In this document: positions 1 through 13,024 of the stretch, in pieces
How positions within the stretch are numbered: position 1 is the first letter of the stretch
Layout: each line of letters starts with the position of its first letter
Source of the DNA: Octopus sinensis
Lineage: Eukaryota
Assembly: GCF_006345805.1 (NCBI RefSeq)
Contig: NC_043009.1
Location: 20,460,001-20,524,000 of the forward strand
DNA: 64,000 nucleotides
Direction of reading: 5' to 3'
Notes under the pieces: model-generated
Database searches by the model: none
What the model was told of the DNA's origin: nothing
The model's input: only the letters and a program-made list of their open reading frames with translations
Program-made: the position numbers and the translations under genes

Positions 1-270
1 TTCTGTTGTGGCTGCATGGAAATGATTGTGTGGTCGTTTCTTGCATAATTCTTCTTCATGTCCTTTCTGTACTGCTTTCATCATTCTTCCTTCTTTCTCT
101 GCTCTCAATACTCCCTTGTTCCTGACTGACACTAGCATGGTTTCCTTAATTTGGGATAGGTATCTCATTAGGCTCTTGAATTTGATACAGATACAATCTT
201 TCACACTTATCAGTCCTCTTCCTCCATTTGCTCTCTCCCTGTATAGGCAAACAGTGTCTGCATGTGACTA
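1..270 (-). mobile_element. R4/Dong-clade non-LTR retrotransposon fragment (post-RT region)
   Basis: Minus strand reads CLYRERANGGRGLISVKDC, the R4-type LY..R..GGRGL motif. Confidence 0.75.
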
Positions 271-506
271 ATGGGCTCCTATTATTATTATTATTCTATG
301 TTTGACTTTTGCTTTATGTCTGTACAAGTTGGCTCCAAGTCTCATCCAGAGACCTCAAGAGACAACAGGTTGGAAGTTCTGTGCCATATATTTAGGGTTT
401 TTTTTTCTTTTTTTCTTTTTTTTTTTTGGTGTTGTACTAGTGAATGTCTAATACATAAAAAAAAAATAAATGAATAAAAAAAAAAAGTTTGTTTTAAACC
501 TTGGGA

Positions 507-765
507 TTACATAGAGAGTATTTTGCGTAGGATATGAGCAGTTCCCATGAGCACTATCTTTTGAATTTCTGCCATTTTGGGGTTTCCTGGTATCTGAGTT
601 AGGTAGCAATCAGTCCCTTTCGCTATCATTCCCAGGGCACCTATGACAACAGGTATTGTTTTAGTCTTCAGCTTCCACATTTTGCTGATTTCTATTTCAA
701 GATCTTTATATTTGCTCAGTTTTTGGTAGGTCTTGACAGATACGTTTATATCGATTGGGACAGTC
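507..765 (-). mobile_element. R4/Dong-clade LINE 3' fragment (restriction-like endonuclease)
   Basis: KLSKYKDLEIEISKMWKLKTKTIPVVIGALGMIAKG...IQKIVLMGTAHILRKILSM*; abuts the (ATT)n run. Confidence 0.85.

Positions 766-833
<68 letters not shown>
766..833. repeat. (ATT)n microsatellite
   Basis: About 22 perfect units, ~43 nt upstream of ACSF2 exon 877. Confidence 0.97.
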
Positions 834-834
<1 letters not shown>

Positions 835-876
835 TCACATCTCATTGCACAAATCTATTCTTTATATATCTTGTAG

Positions 877-972
877 GGAACCACTGGTAAACCTAAAGGG
901 GCCACTCTGTCACATTTCAGTATTCTCAACAATAGTCACTCTGTAGGTTTTCGTTTAAGATACAATGAAATG
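877..972 (+). CDS. ACSF2: ACSF2 internal exon (1st in window), AMP-binding P-loop region
   Basis: ttgtag|GGAACC...GAAATG|gtaagt; translates GTTGKPKGATLSHFSILNNSHSVGFRLRYNEM, completing the (TS)GTTGxPKG adenylate-forming motif; 96 nt, phase 0-0. Upstream exons lie before the window. Confidence 0.92.
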
Positions 973-1329
973 GTAAGTACATGTTCCAATATAGCATCCT
1001 CAAGTACTTTATTGCCAATTTAGGTATTTTGTTTACTTTGAGAAATAATTATTTTATTGCTTTTTTTTAAAAAAAAAATGAGTTTATTTATACACTGTAA
1101 GATTAAAGTGCTGAATAAAACGTCCAGATTGTTAAAATACTGGATCCAAGATGTTGATGTTATGAGTATTATTGTTATTATTATTGTCACCAAGGTGGAC
1201 TTTGCCTTTCATCCTTTCAGGGATGATAAATAATATGGAACAGTTGAACACTGGGGTCAATGTAATAGACTTATCATCTACCTCTGAAATTGCTGGTCTT
1301 GTGTCAAAATTATCATCATTATTATTATT

Positions 1330-1705
1330 ATTATTTCTTTTTATCTCAGGTTTTGTTGGAACTCCTGGAGTCTTGCATGTGTAATGGGTTTGCTACCTGC
1401 AGCCTACAGTACCATGTTATCCATTCCTTCAGCTATCTAATATTTTCCTGATTATTCTGGCCGTGCCAAGGAGGCAAACCTTTTGTAACAGTTCCACTGG
1501 GCAACCTATTCCAATTTCCTTCATGTTCCCCTTGATGTCTTCTGATACTGTCCCCTAGGACCCAACAATAATTGGCCCTATCTTCACCTTCTTCATTTCC
1601 AATAGTCAGACTATTTTGTACTTAGGAGGGTTGTATTTATCTATTTTTTTGTCTTCCTTCTTGACTATTCGTAGGTCAAAGGGGCATGAAACATCAATTA
1701 TATTA
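1330..1705 (-). mobile_element. Second R4/Dong REL-domain fragment, degenerate
   Basis: IIDVSCPFDLRIVKKEDKKIDKY...LLQKVCLLGTARIIRKILDS* with internal stops; ATT-type repeats on both sides. Confidence 0.8.
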
Positions 1706-2164
1706 TCATTTTTATTATTATCATTATTATTATTTTAATTTTTATTATTATTGTTATTATTACAAAATACCTTATGGTTTTTAATTAGGACTGTTTACAT
1801 TCTGAGTTTAAATCCCTCCAAAGTCATCTTTATCCTACCAAGCTCAATAAAACTAGTTAAATATTGTAGTTAGTGGTATCAATTAATCCCCCCCCCCCTC
1901 TCAATTACCAGTCTTGTGCCTAAATCAGGAAACAATGAAGTTGACAGAATGTCAGGCAAAATGCTTAGCAACATTTCTTCAGAGTTCAAATTCAACCGAG
2001 GTAGACTTTGCTTTTCATCCTTTTGTGGTCAGTGATATAAGTACCAGTTGAGAGCACTGAGTGGGGTGGGGGGTGGGGGATCCATATAATCAACAATCCA
2101 CCTCCCACAAAATTCCAGGCCCAGAGTAGAACAGCACTTATTCACTTATTTATTCATTTTTTAG

Positions 2165-2313
2165 AAACACCGTGTGTGCATGCCAGTTCCATTGTACCAT
2201 TGTTTCGGTTCCGTTGTTGGTGCATTAACAATGATTACTCACGGAACCTGCTGCATCTTCCCATCTCCTGGATTTGAAGCAAAGACTGTTCTGACAGTTG
2301 TCGAAAACGAAAG
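2165..2313 (+). CDS. ACSF2: ACSF2 exon (2nd in window)
   Basis: tttag|AAACAC...GAAAG|gtagac; KHRVCMPVPLYHCFGSVVGALTMITHGTCCIFPSPGFEAKTVLTVVENE(R), with the PLYHCFG motif; 149 nt. Confidence 0.93.
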
Positions 2314-2954
2314 GTAGACTTAGTCAATATTTATTCAACATTTTTAAATCACACACACTTCATCAAGAATTATTCTACCATATTGATCACATCCCATGCG
2401 AGAGTCTTTCAATAATTCATTAACCAAAGTGTGACTACATCACTACAACATCATTTATCTTCAATGATGGATATGTGTGTGTGTGTGTGTGTGTGTGTCT
2501 GTGTGTGTGTGCTATCAAAGCCACTGTGCACCTGATGACATGCAGGTGCACAATGGCTTCCAGATCATATCTATTTATATGATATTTTAAGTAAGAGCAT
2601 GAATATGGAATACTCGGCCACCAACAGCCATTACCAATGCAGAGAAATAATTGTTGCAATTAGTGATTAAAACTTTATCATTCCATCTTTTATTTATATG
2701 TTTCTATCTTCTGTGGTATCATCAGCCAAATCTTCAAATCATACCATACCATGTTAAAAAAAGGACACATTAATTGATATAGTCCTAGATACACTGTATC
2801 TGAATAAAAGATGTGATGGTCATAGCCCGAACATCTTTGATTGTAGATTTACTGGATTGGGACTGACCTCCTGTCTTAATAAGATGAGATTATCGTGGTT
2901 GGCTTTAATTTGCATGTTATTCACATCCTTAACGTTTTCTGTTTCGTCCATTAG

Positions 2955-3123
2955 GTGCAATTCCATGTATGGTGTTCCAACCATGTTTATAGACATTTTG
3001 AGTCATCCAGACTTCCCAAAATATGATCTGACATCATTAAGGACTGGAGTCATGGCAGGCTCTGTCTGTCCCATATCCCTTATGGAAAGAGTCATGAGAG
3101 ACATGCATATGCCTCACATTACA
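2955..3123 (+). CDS. ACSF2: ACSF2 exon (3rd in window)
   Basis: cattag|GTGCAAT...ATTACA|gtaagt; (R)CNSMYGVPTMFIDILSHPDFPKYDLTSLRTGVMAGSVCPISLMERVMRDMHMPHIT; 169 nt, phase consistent with neighbours. Confidence 0.94.
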
Positions 3124-3187
3124 GTAAGTATTTGTATGAAAGATGATGATGATTAGGACAGCTCTGATAGAAAAGATCCATGTTTAA

Positions 3188-3394
3188 CCCTTTAGCATTC
3201 AAGTTATTCTGTCAAATGTCAAATTCCCATTGTTTTGAATTAATCTTACATTATTTCATAGCTTTGAGATTTCAATGATGTGATTGTATATTTTCAGAAA
3301 GCCATTGTAGGATAGGTGTGAAAGACTGGATCTGGCTGGTTTGAACACAGGCAGAATATTTGGGCCAGAAATGGCCTGTTTCAATGCTAAAAGG
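3188..3394. mobile_element. piggyBac-type MITE
   Basis: TTAA|CCCTTTAGCATT...AATGCTAAAAGG|TGAA; related copy at 63492-63712. Confidence 0.7.
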
Positions 3395-3440
3395 TGAAAG
3401 GTATCCCAGCCAATTTCAGTCATATTTCTTGTGTTTTCAG

Positions 3441-3548
3441 ATATGTTATGGAAGTACTGAAACGAGTCCAGTGACATTTCAGAGTGATTATAATGATACG
3501 GCAGAAAGGAAATGTTCAACAGTGGGTCAGGTTTCATCCCATACTGAG
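3441..3548 (+). CDS. ACSF2: ACSF2 exon (4th in window)
   Basis: ttttcag|ATATGT...ACTGAG|gtaggt; ICYGSTETSPVTFQSDYNDTAERKCSTVGQVSSHTE, with the YGxTE motif; 108 nt. Confidence 0.94.
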
Positions 3549-3689
3549 GTAGGTTTATGATCCATGGTGAGAGATGCTTAGATACCGTAGTGGAGGGAGT
3601 CTTTATAACAGAGTGTATCAGATGCTTTTTCATGTTATTCAAGTGAGGCCACCAAGTAGCTCAGACCCTTTCATTGAAGGAGGCAGCTT

Positions 3690-5345
3690 CAATGTTGAGA
3701 TGTCTTGCTGTAGAAGAGGTACATAACTAGAGAAAGGAGAGAAACTGGTGGGAGAGATAGGAGGGGGAATGTGAGAGGGATGGGGACAGGAGCAGGTATG
3801 TTTGCTGGAATGTGAGATGAGTAACAGTTGGTTGGAAGTAAGGAATGCAGTGAACAACAAAGGGGACAAAGTCAGTGGTGAATATCAGGTTTTGAGTGGT
3901 GGGAGGTGAAAGAAAAAGAAGTGGTTCGAGGAGGAGGAGAAGGTTGATAAGTGGAAGTATGCGGGGTGAGGGGGGACAAGAGCAGTGGGAAGAGTGAAGG
4001 TGGGTGTGAGTGCACAATTATGTAAGAAATAACAGAGAGAGAGAGAGAGAATGACGAGCACTGGTGGAGACGATTGTCGACCGATATGAGATGGTGTTCA
4101 AAAACAGTTTGGGATAATATTAAGAGTGCGAGGTGGGTACCATGTAGAATTGACTCCAGGGAGCTGGGAATTGGTAGCACAAAGATATGGGGAGGGGAAT
4201 ATGTGCACTTCTACTGTCGCATAATTATTTAATTACAACAACTGAGGAAGTACTGTACTTAGAAGAGTAATGGAGGGCTAGATGTTGAGAAATGACTTGA
4301 ATATGGGGGTCAGTACATAAATGATAGGACCTCCTTTTTGCTGGGGTGGGCATGTCTTCTCAAGCACAACAAATAGCCAATCATCTCAGTCCTTTGTCAT
4401 TTCTTTCGTGAGGCTCAACATCCTGGGGTCAGACTTCACTGCTTGATTCCATATCTTTCAGGTGTCTCCCTCTTCCACAGGTCCCATCCACATTTAGCGA
4501 TGCAGCTATCCTCCTTCATATGCATTGCTTGACCATACCAACACAGTTTTCATGTCACAGTTTTCTTTTCTCTTTAGTTTTTGCATCTACTCTACATTCA
4601 CAGCCTATATTTCGCTACCATATCGCTTTACTGTTCATACACAATAATCATACAGTTTGCCTTTTACTTTGAAACGGAAGTCTTTTATTAGCATCAGAGT
4701 TAAAAACTCTCTCCATCCTCTTCTTATTCAAGCAACTACACTTTTGGAACACCACTCTCCACTACTAATAAGGTCACCTGGATAACAGAAGCTATCTACT
4801 ACTTCCAGCAAACCTTTTGGGTGTTTCAGAGAACTCGTTTCCATTTCCTGGTTGTTCCTCTGCATCTACCATAAAGTCTGCTTTCTCTGTAAACCTTTTT
4901 GTGATTCCACTGCATCTTTTATGAATCCATAGTTTACACTGAGTACATTATATGGAAGTTCTACCTTTTGCTTTCTTACATATCAGGGGTCATTTATTTG
5001 GTGGATCCTGTCTGTTTTCTTGCTTAGTAGAACTTTGGTCTTTATGAAGTTAGTTTTAAGGCCTTTTGATTTCAGGTGTTGCTTGCACACCTGAAATTTC
5101 TTTTCCAATTCCACTACAGATTCAGCAATGAAATAAGGTCATCAGCATAGAGGAGTTCCCATGGGATTCAGTCTTAAACTCCTGTTATGAATAGGAGGGG
5201 ACTGGGAACTGAGCCCTGGGAAACTCCTATTTGTACTATAAATTCATTGCTATATTCATTGCCAACACCTTTGTACATGGCTTGAACAGTTCTCAGCACT
5301 CATTAGTTTAAAAATGGAGATTCCTAATCAAGGTGAGTCTCAGAT
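3690..5345 (-). mobile_element. RTE-clade LINE, 5'-truncated and degenerate
   Basis: Minus-strand remnants GVSQGSVPSPLLF, ELLYADDL and KSKGLKTNFIKTKVL, followed by the C-terminus and a CT-rich 3' UTR. Boundaries approximate. Confidence 0.8.
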
Positions 5346-5530
5346 CAATACATAATATAGAGGGAAATAATGTTTAATTAATAATAGGTTAATTGTTTCA
5401 TCAACTCAATAAATGTTACTGAATATTCAGTGATAGGAATATTTCATATTATTTTAAATGCGTTATTAATTTGTTGTTAAATCAACATAAAAAGCTGAAT
5501 TATACACCAAGTACCCATTTCATTGGACAG

Positions 5531-5679
5531 GCAAAAATTGTAAATCTTGATGGCAAATTACTTCCTGTAAATGAACCTGGTGAACTTTATACTCGAGGTT
5601 ACACAACAATGTTAGGATACTGGAATGAAGCCCAGAAGACATCAGAAGTGATTAAAAGTGGAGGATGGTATGCAACAGG
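5531..5679 (+). CDS. ACSF2: ACSF2 exon (5th in window)
   Basis: ggacag|GCAAAA...ACAGG|gtaaga; AKIVNLDGKLLPVNEPGELYTRGYTTMLGYWNEAQKTSEVIKSGGWYAT(G); 149 nt. Confidence 0.94.
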
Positions 5680-6008
5680 GTAAGATTTTATATTATTTTC
5701 TTTTATTGATAATAAAATTGATTTCTGGAAGCATTTTAAGCCTTTTAATATTGTCTCTGGTTCTATAAGAAACCAAGAACTTCCTTTAAAATATTGAAAT
5801 TTGTGACTATAATTTTAACTAAGAAACATGTTAAACACCAATTAAGTAATGTCTTTTTTTTTTTGTTTCTTTTATATTCACTCAAAGCCACACATTTTGA
5901 AGGAATTTATGATTGATTACATCACTAAAGGGCCAAGTTCTGAGAAGATGAAATGTCAAGTTGACATTGGTAGGATTTTGTCTCAGAATATAAACATTTA
6001 TAACTAAA

Positions 6009-7586
6009 CTAGCATTATGACCTGTCATTACCGGGTCACAGTGCTAGTGCATGTATATATGTGTATATATATCTGTACATATTACATGTACATCTATATA
6101 TATACATCTACACATAAAATACAAAATACAAAGTTATATCTTACTATCGCTAGTGATAACAATACTCAAAATATATAACAGAATTGTAGGCCCGTCTCTT
6201 GCAATTTCGATCAATTGTATCTTGTCCTCCCTCTTGTATAGAAGTGTGGCTACAATCCAGCCTACCTCTACTTCTGGGGGAACATTTTTAATTTTTATCC
6301 GGGACGTCCTACGTCCCAGATATAAAGGTAAAAATAAAATATTTCCACTTTGCAAGGTTCGAGTCGAGTACTCCCTTGCACACTCCATTGACTCGAACCT
6401 TGCTTCTATTGTGGTAAATTTACCGCCTCTGGTTAGATACTTGATATCTTTCATAGCCGCACCAAGACTCTTTTCGATGGTGCTTTCCTCCAGGTGTTCA
6501 AATCTTTTTTTTTTTCTCGACATTGTATACTTTATAGACAATAGTCTTTTCTTTAATTTAATTTTTTATTTCATTTGGTGGTGTTATCCTAGATTCATCG
6601 TCTTTGTCGGTGATCAGTCCGAAATAGGTTTGTATTTCTTCCATTTTAATTTCAATGAGTTCATGCCCGCTGACGGCTGCAGCGAAATTCATTTTTGGAC
6701 TTTCTTCTATCAAAAGCATTTTAACAAAAATGCTTCTGTATAAACGGTGAAAATATTGTCAATTTCCCCAAACAGGGACACAATTCAATTTTTAAACAAT
6801 AAGCAAAGCTCCTTCTCCCAAAGGGGGAGGGCTACGGTTTACAATTATTTAACAAATGCAACACAACAACGTTTCCCTTTCGAGGAACCAACAAGCGTGA
6901 TAACAATAGTTAAACAGTAATAATAATAACAACAAACCTTACAGTGAATCAAAAAGCAGTACGCAGTTGAAGCTATAGTCCTTTATGTATAAGAAATAAA
7001 CCAACAGCAGTACTCAGTAGAAGCGGCTGTTCAAGAAAACTGACATTACATACAGCCAAACTTCATATAGATACTTAATGCTAGCTAATTAGCAGATAAT
7101 CTAGTGTAAAAGCCGTGGTAAACAGTATGTGCACACCTCCATCTGGACTATTCCATTTCTGCACACTAATTTTATTTTCAATTTATTCCCATTCATGTGA
7201 AACCACTTATTCGATTTCAAGTCATTGATGCAATTTTATACCAATTGCTATTTTTGCTTTTGTTATGTTACGATTATATCATACTTTAGTTTGATTTTAA
7301 TTATTACTTACCACATATTCAATTTTTATTGTTAAAGTGAAAGTATCTGACATAAAATAGAGAAATGTTTTTGTTTCACTTTTAACACGTAATGCTGAAA
7401 TAGTGGAGAAGATATGATATTGCTGTGGGCTCACCCTAGGCAAGAAGTTGAACATTTTTTTGCCCATGAAACTACATGGACCCTATGTAAGGCATGTGTA
7501 AAATTTGAATGAAATTGGTTGTGTAGTTCTCAAGTTTTAGGGAAACACACAGACAGATACACATTCTCAGTTTATATATATAGAGA
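6009..7586 (-). mobile_element. Non-autonomous Helitron, copy A
   Basis: 5' A|TCTCTATATATATAAACTGAG; 3' hairpin (TGACC..GGTCA) then CTAG|T; A/T target with no TSD; near-identical to 13662-16516. Confidence 0.85.
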
Positions 7587-8753
7587 TAGCAGAGGATATT
7601 TTACATGAGAGCATAATAGTTGTGAGTCCACTGCCTTTAGACATCTATTTGATCTCAAACTAATGAGAGGAGCCTCTAAAAGGTTGCTTGACTTTGAGAA
7701 ATAGCAACCAAATCTCCCTCAAATCACAACCCTACTCTGATAGGAAAAAAAATACATTGGACATCATGGTCCTAGGTTCTCTTCACATAGAGGCAGGATG
7801 GTTATGGATGGAATGCCTTTAATAATAGGTGTTGGTAGTTTAGTAGGCAATACATCTGTCCGAATTTTGAGAACTACATTATCTAATGAATCATTCCATT
7901 TTTGGAGGTACTGAACTATTGTTTCAGGGGAAATTGCTACTATTTTTAGCAGGTTTAATGACCAGATAGAGGTTCTTTAGTTGGCCCATCTTAAAGATTG
8001 ACGAGTGATGGATTAAACCCTAAATGACATTGAGAACCTCCCAGACATTGATTTTTTTTTGCGTATTAAAGGTTCATCATCATCTCTATGTTATCATTAT
8101 TATCATGTTGTTGCTATTATTTTTCTCATCTTTCAGCAAGGAGGACTGGTACTATCCATGACCTTTCTACAGGGCACCTGGGGTAGATGGGTGGGAGAGA
8201 AGGAGGAACTTAATCTCAAACCAGAGATTTGGCCAAAATGCTTACAACAGAATCGACTCTACTAAAGAATCAAAAAGTATCCAGCTGTGACCTTTTTTTT
8301 CATCTTTTTATCTCAGACTTCTTGGGAACTATCTGCTTTATTCAGCTTGGCATTCTTTTATATAAGACAGTAAATTGTAATATGAGGAAGATTTGGCTAC
8401 TATTTCTAGCAGGTTGTTGGTTTATGATATTATTTGACACTCTGTGTTGGTAGTGTAACAGACAACATATCAGTCACAAGACCAGATTCTTATGATATTA
8501 AATGCCTGTTTCATTACCTAAATAATGATGGTTCCTTTTCTTGGGTGCATTATTTTAGAGCCAATATTTCTGTTTCTGAGGAGTTTTATTTTTATTTGTG
8601 ATTATTGTGTGAATATTTCAATGTTGTGTGGTCTTATATAACTTACATTGTTAATCCCTGAAAACATAACAATTTATCATTGGCCTTTAACAAAAATTTG
8701 TTTTTCCTTAAGTTATGCTGTTTTAAATGACCCATAATCAGTTATTTGTAAAA

Positions 8754-8805
<52 letters not shown>

Positions 8806-9510
8806 ATGTGTGTGTGTGTGTGCATTATAATACAAAATTTACTGTTAATTCTTGTATAATTCATCAGTCAAAAGGATAATATTTTATGTGGTAAGATTCT
8901 GATATTAATGTCCCATGAGAAGCTGGTGTTAGTCTATTTCATAAACCATTTCACATTATTTTGATAGCTCACTTCTGCTTTCATCATACAAAAACCTCAC
9001 ATTTTAAAGCAGTCATATCTAAATTAAAAAGCTTCCATTCATCATAACATTATGCAAGAACTTTTCAATAATTTATGTTCCATGATAAAGAATATTTCCA
9101 CATTCATGGCTGAGGTGCTGGAAGTTATCCCCCCCCCCCATCACACATTCTCACATTGTACTACAACTGTACTTTCCTCTAAGGTCTTCCCCATCCAGAC
9201 CTTGAAGTTATCCATTTGTGTTGTACTGAGTTCAACTAAGCTGATTTCACTAAGTTGTGTTGTTCTGAGTTCAAATTTCACTAAGGTTGACTTTACCTTT
9301 CATCCTTTTGGGGTTGATAAATTAAGTACCAGTTACACACTGGGGTTGATGTAATAATACCAAAGTCGGCTTTGTGTTGTTCCATTTTTACCTTTGTCAT
9401 CCATGTGTCCATTTCCCAGCCAATCAGCCTCCAATCATGTCATTGTGCTTCTGGGTACCAATAACATAACCAAGATATTCCATAACACCATCAATGAAGA
9501 AGTTATTTTA

Positions 9511-9601
9511 TTGAATCTCACTTTAAATTGTTAATTACTTACAAAATTAATTGAATCCCACTTTAAATTGTTAATTACTTACAAAATTAATTGAATCCCA
9601 C
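9511..9601. repeat. 40-bp tandem repeat, about 2.3 copies
   Basis: TTGAATC(T/C)CACTTTAAATTGTTAATTACTTACAAAATTAA repeated. Confidence 0.93.
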
Positions 9602-9729
9602 GTACTGAGTCTGTCATAAGAAATATGGTCACAGAAGCTTGTGTCCATATAAGGAATTCCAATCTTGATTAAAACATCAATGCTTGAAAAAGGAATTATA
9701 ATTTAATGAAAATGTTATCTTCATTGCAG

Positions 9730-9871
9730 TGATATTGGCGTTTTGGATGAAAATGGGTACTGCAAAATAACTGGCCGAATCAAAGACATGATTATTCGAG
9801 GAGGTGAAAATATTTATCCCAGTGAAATTGAAACCTTGCTATACAAACATCCGAAGGTGAAGGATGTTCAG
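9730..9871 (+). CDS. ACSF2: ACSF2 exon (6th in window)
   Basis: ttgcag|TGATATT...GTTCAG|gtatgc; (G)[47 protein letters not shown], with TGD and [16 protein letters not shown] motifs; 142 nt. Confidence 0.95.
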
Positions 9872-12800
9872 GTATGCAACATTTATCCTTATACACATTC
9901 CATCTATTTTTGCTTTAAAATCACAGAAATTATTCACATTATTCCTCATTCTTCTATGCTGGCACATCATCATCATCATCATCATCATCATCGTTTAACG
10001 TCCGTTTTCCGCGCTAGCACGGGTTGGACGGTTTCGACCGGGGTCTGGGGAGCTAGGGACTGCCCCAGGCTCCAGTCTAGTCTGGCAGTGTTTCTACAGC
10101 TGGATGCCCTTCCTAACGCCAACCACTCCACGAGTGTAGTGGGTGTTTTTTACGTGCCACCTGCACAGGTGCCAGAGGGGTCTGGCATCGGCCACGTTCG
10201 GATGGTGCTTTTTATGGGGGGGGGGCAGAAATATAGGGGAGCACCAGTGGGGAGGGGTGGTTCAAAGAAATGATGACAGGTTCTAGGCAAGTAGAACGTA
10301 GGATATCAAGAGAGGGGTAATGCATGGTGAAATAGCGTATTGAAAAGGGGGGGGTTCGAAGAGTAGACACCTATAATGGTGGTGGGAGAAGCGACATCCG
10401 GTATAGATGGAGCAAAAATATAGAGATATCCGCTATTGGTGGTGGGGGTGGGCAAGGGCGGGTGCACCGGGAATATGACGGGCTGGCTTAAAAATGCTCT
10501 TAGCAAAGGAAGAGGGGGGATTGCAGACAGCGTAAAAGAGGGAGAGAGAGAGAGAAGGGGGAATAGCGGAAATGGGCCGCCATTGAAAAAAACCCCTGTA
10601 TGGAGAAATAATATGCAATACGAGGCGAAGCTGAAAATAGTAATAATAATAAATAAATAATAAACAGCTCAACCACAACATTAGATTAGAAAGACTCTCT
10701 TATCTTGGGAATATTTCGTTCTTCGGCCTGACACGGGAATATGACGGGCTGGCTTAAAAATGCTCTTGCAGACAGCGTAAAAGAGGGAGAGAGAGAGAGA
10801 AGGGGAAATAGCGGAACCCCGCGGAAATGGGCCGCCATTGAAAAAAAACCCCTGTATGGAGGAATAATATGCAATACGAGGCGAAGGACGGGCTTCTTTC
10901 AGTTTCCGTCTACTAAATCCACTCACAAGGCTTTGGTCGGCCCGAGGCTATAGTAGAAAACACTTGCCCAAGGTGCCACGCAGTGGGACTGAACCCAGAA
11001 CTATGTGGTTGGTAAGCAAGCTACTTACCATACAGCCACTCCTGTGCCTATGCAGATCCATCGAATATAGGCCAAATATAATTTCAAGATGAAACATAGT
11101 GATAATAGTAAAAGTTAATATTTATGCCCGCTTAAAAGTGTATGTTGTGTCTGACTCTAGTGCTTGATTGGTACATTATTTTATTGATCCCTTAGGGATG
11201 AAAGACAAAGTTGACATTGGTGGGATTTGAGTTCAGAATGTAAACAGCTGAAACAAATACCACAAGGCATTATTTCTGATGTTGTAACGATTCTGTCAAC
11301 TCACCAATATTAATAATAAAGGTTTAAAATTTTGGCACAAGGTCCACAATTTATTTTGGTTGGGGGGTGGGGTGGGGGGGATATGTTGATTGCATCAACC
11401 CCAGTGCTCAACTGGTACTTGTTTTATAGACTCTGAAAGAATGAAAGGCAAAGTTGACCTCAGTGGAATCTGAACTCAGAATATAAAAGATGAACGAAAT
11501 GCCATGAAGCATTTTCCCTAGTGTACTAACGATTCTACCAGGTCACCACCTTAGATAATAATTTCCACTGCTGATGTCACCCTTTCCACTACTACTAGTG
11601 CCCTTTCAGGGTCTACGTTCCATTTCCATGTTGACACAGGTTCAAAAGGATCTGATGTATTGTTTAGGCATGGTTTCCATGGTTAGACATCCTTCCCAAT
11701 GCCATGCATGTTTTTCCACAGATGGTTGGGTTTTCTGCAGCACTGCATATCACCAATTAATTTGGTGTCCTTTGTTATCTCCTATGTATGACACAACATC
11801 TTTGGGCACAAGGCCAGTAGCGGAAGGTGAGGGGTTAGTTGTCTGAATTACCCTTAGTATTTGACTAGTACTTTTTATTATTTTTTATCAATCCTGGAAA
11901 AATTAAAGACGAAGATGACTTCATCACAATTTGAACTCAGGACATAAGGAACCAGAATAAATACTGCAAGGCATTCTGTGTGATTTTCTACTGAGTTTGA
12001 TACCACCACATAATAATCCTTTCTACTAAAGGTAGAAGACCTGAAATTTCGGGGAAGATGGGAAGTTGATGACATTGACCCCAATGCTCAACTGGTACTC
12101 ATTTTATCGATTCCAAAAGGACGAAAGGGGAAAATCGACAAAGATAGATAAAATGCCTCAAAGCAGTTTGTCCACTAACAGTTCAGCCAGCTTGCCACAA
12201 CAATAACAACAATTAGTTTTTGCTGTTTTTTTTAATAAATAGAATGTTAAATAAGTGAAGCAGTTACACAAAGAAAAGAATCCCATGTCAACAGCTAAAT
12301 TAGAGCACTATAATATTATCTAGGTCAGGAGAGAGGGAGAGCTGGCAGTGACTTGTTGTGTGAGTAGAGGTTTCATGCCTTTGGAAAAAACAGCTACTTT
12401 CAATTGTGTTACCGCCCCAACAGTTACTGGACCTACAAGGAGCAGCTGTCAAATCTCCCTCAAATCATATCCTACCATCTTGAAAAAGGCACACATAGGA
12501 TATCGTAGTAACACTAGATTCACTATGTTACTAAATGAAACCCAATAAACAAGATAGTCATCAACCGGAGTATCATTGAAAGATAAACCTGCTCTATTAT
12601 AGCTCCCCTGAAACAAAACGACATATGTAAGAGCGTGGTTGACTAGTCACATTTGCAAATGAATTACATGAGAACTAGCATAGTTCACTCTATATACTCC
12701 ATGACTATTTATTTCTTAAGCTCTTGGTCTAGGTTATAGTTCAGTCTGACATTGACAGACATGGTTGATTATAATTCTTTATGTCTCTGTTGTGTCAGGT

Positions 12801-13024
12801 TCACTCTGTGACAACAGGTGATGTGCAGGAGCGGGAATTATCCTTATAAACATATCTACCTTGATGTTAATAGAGCACAGTAGGGCTACTGACATATATC
12901 ACCACACTAACATTTAAAAAAAAAAAAAAATCAATAACTGAAAAAGGAAGAAAAATAATTTTAAAAATCAATGTAGAATATATGGAAAAAAAAACGCTCA
13001 GTAAATTATTGCGAATGAACTAAC

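Noticed and set aside
6051-6743. 230-aa ORF, the longest plus-strand ORF outside recognised TEs
   Set aside because: It is the antisense frame of the Helitron cargo, low-complexity and F/I/L-rich, and it is broken in copy B.
9743-10273. 176-aa ORF with a poly-His run
   Set aside because: It is ACSF2 exon sequence read through the donor at 9872 into intron and a (CAT)n RTE tail.
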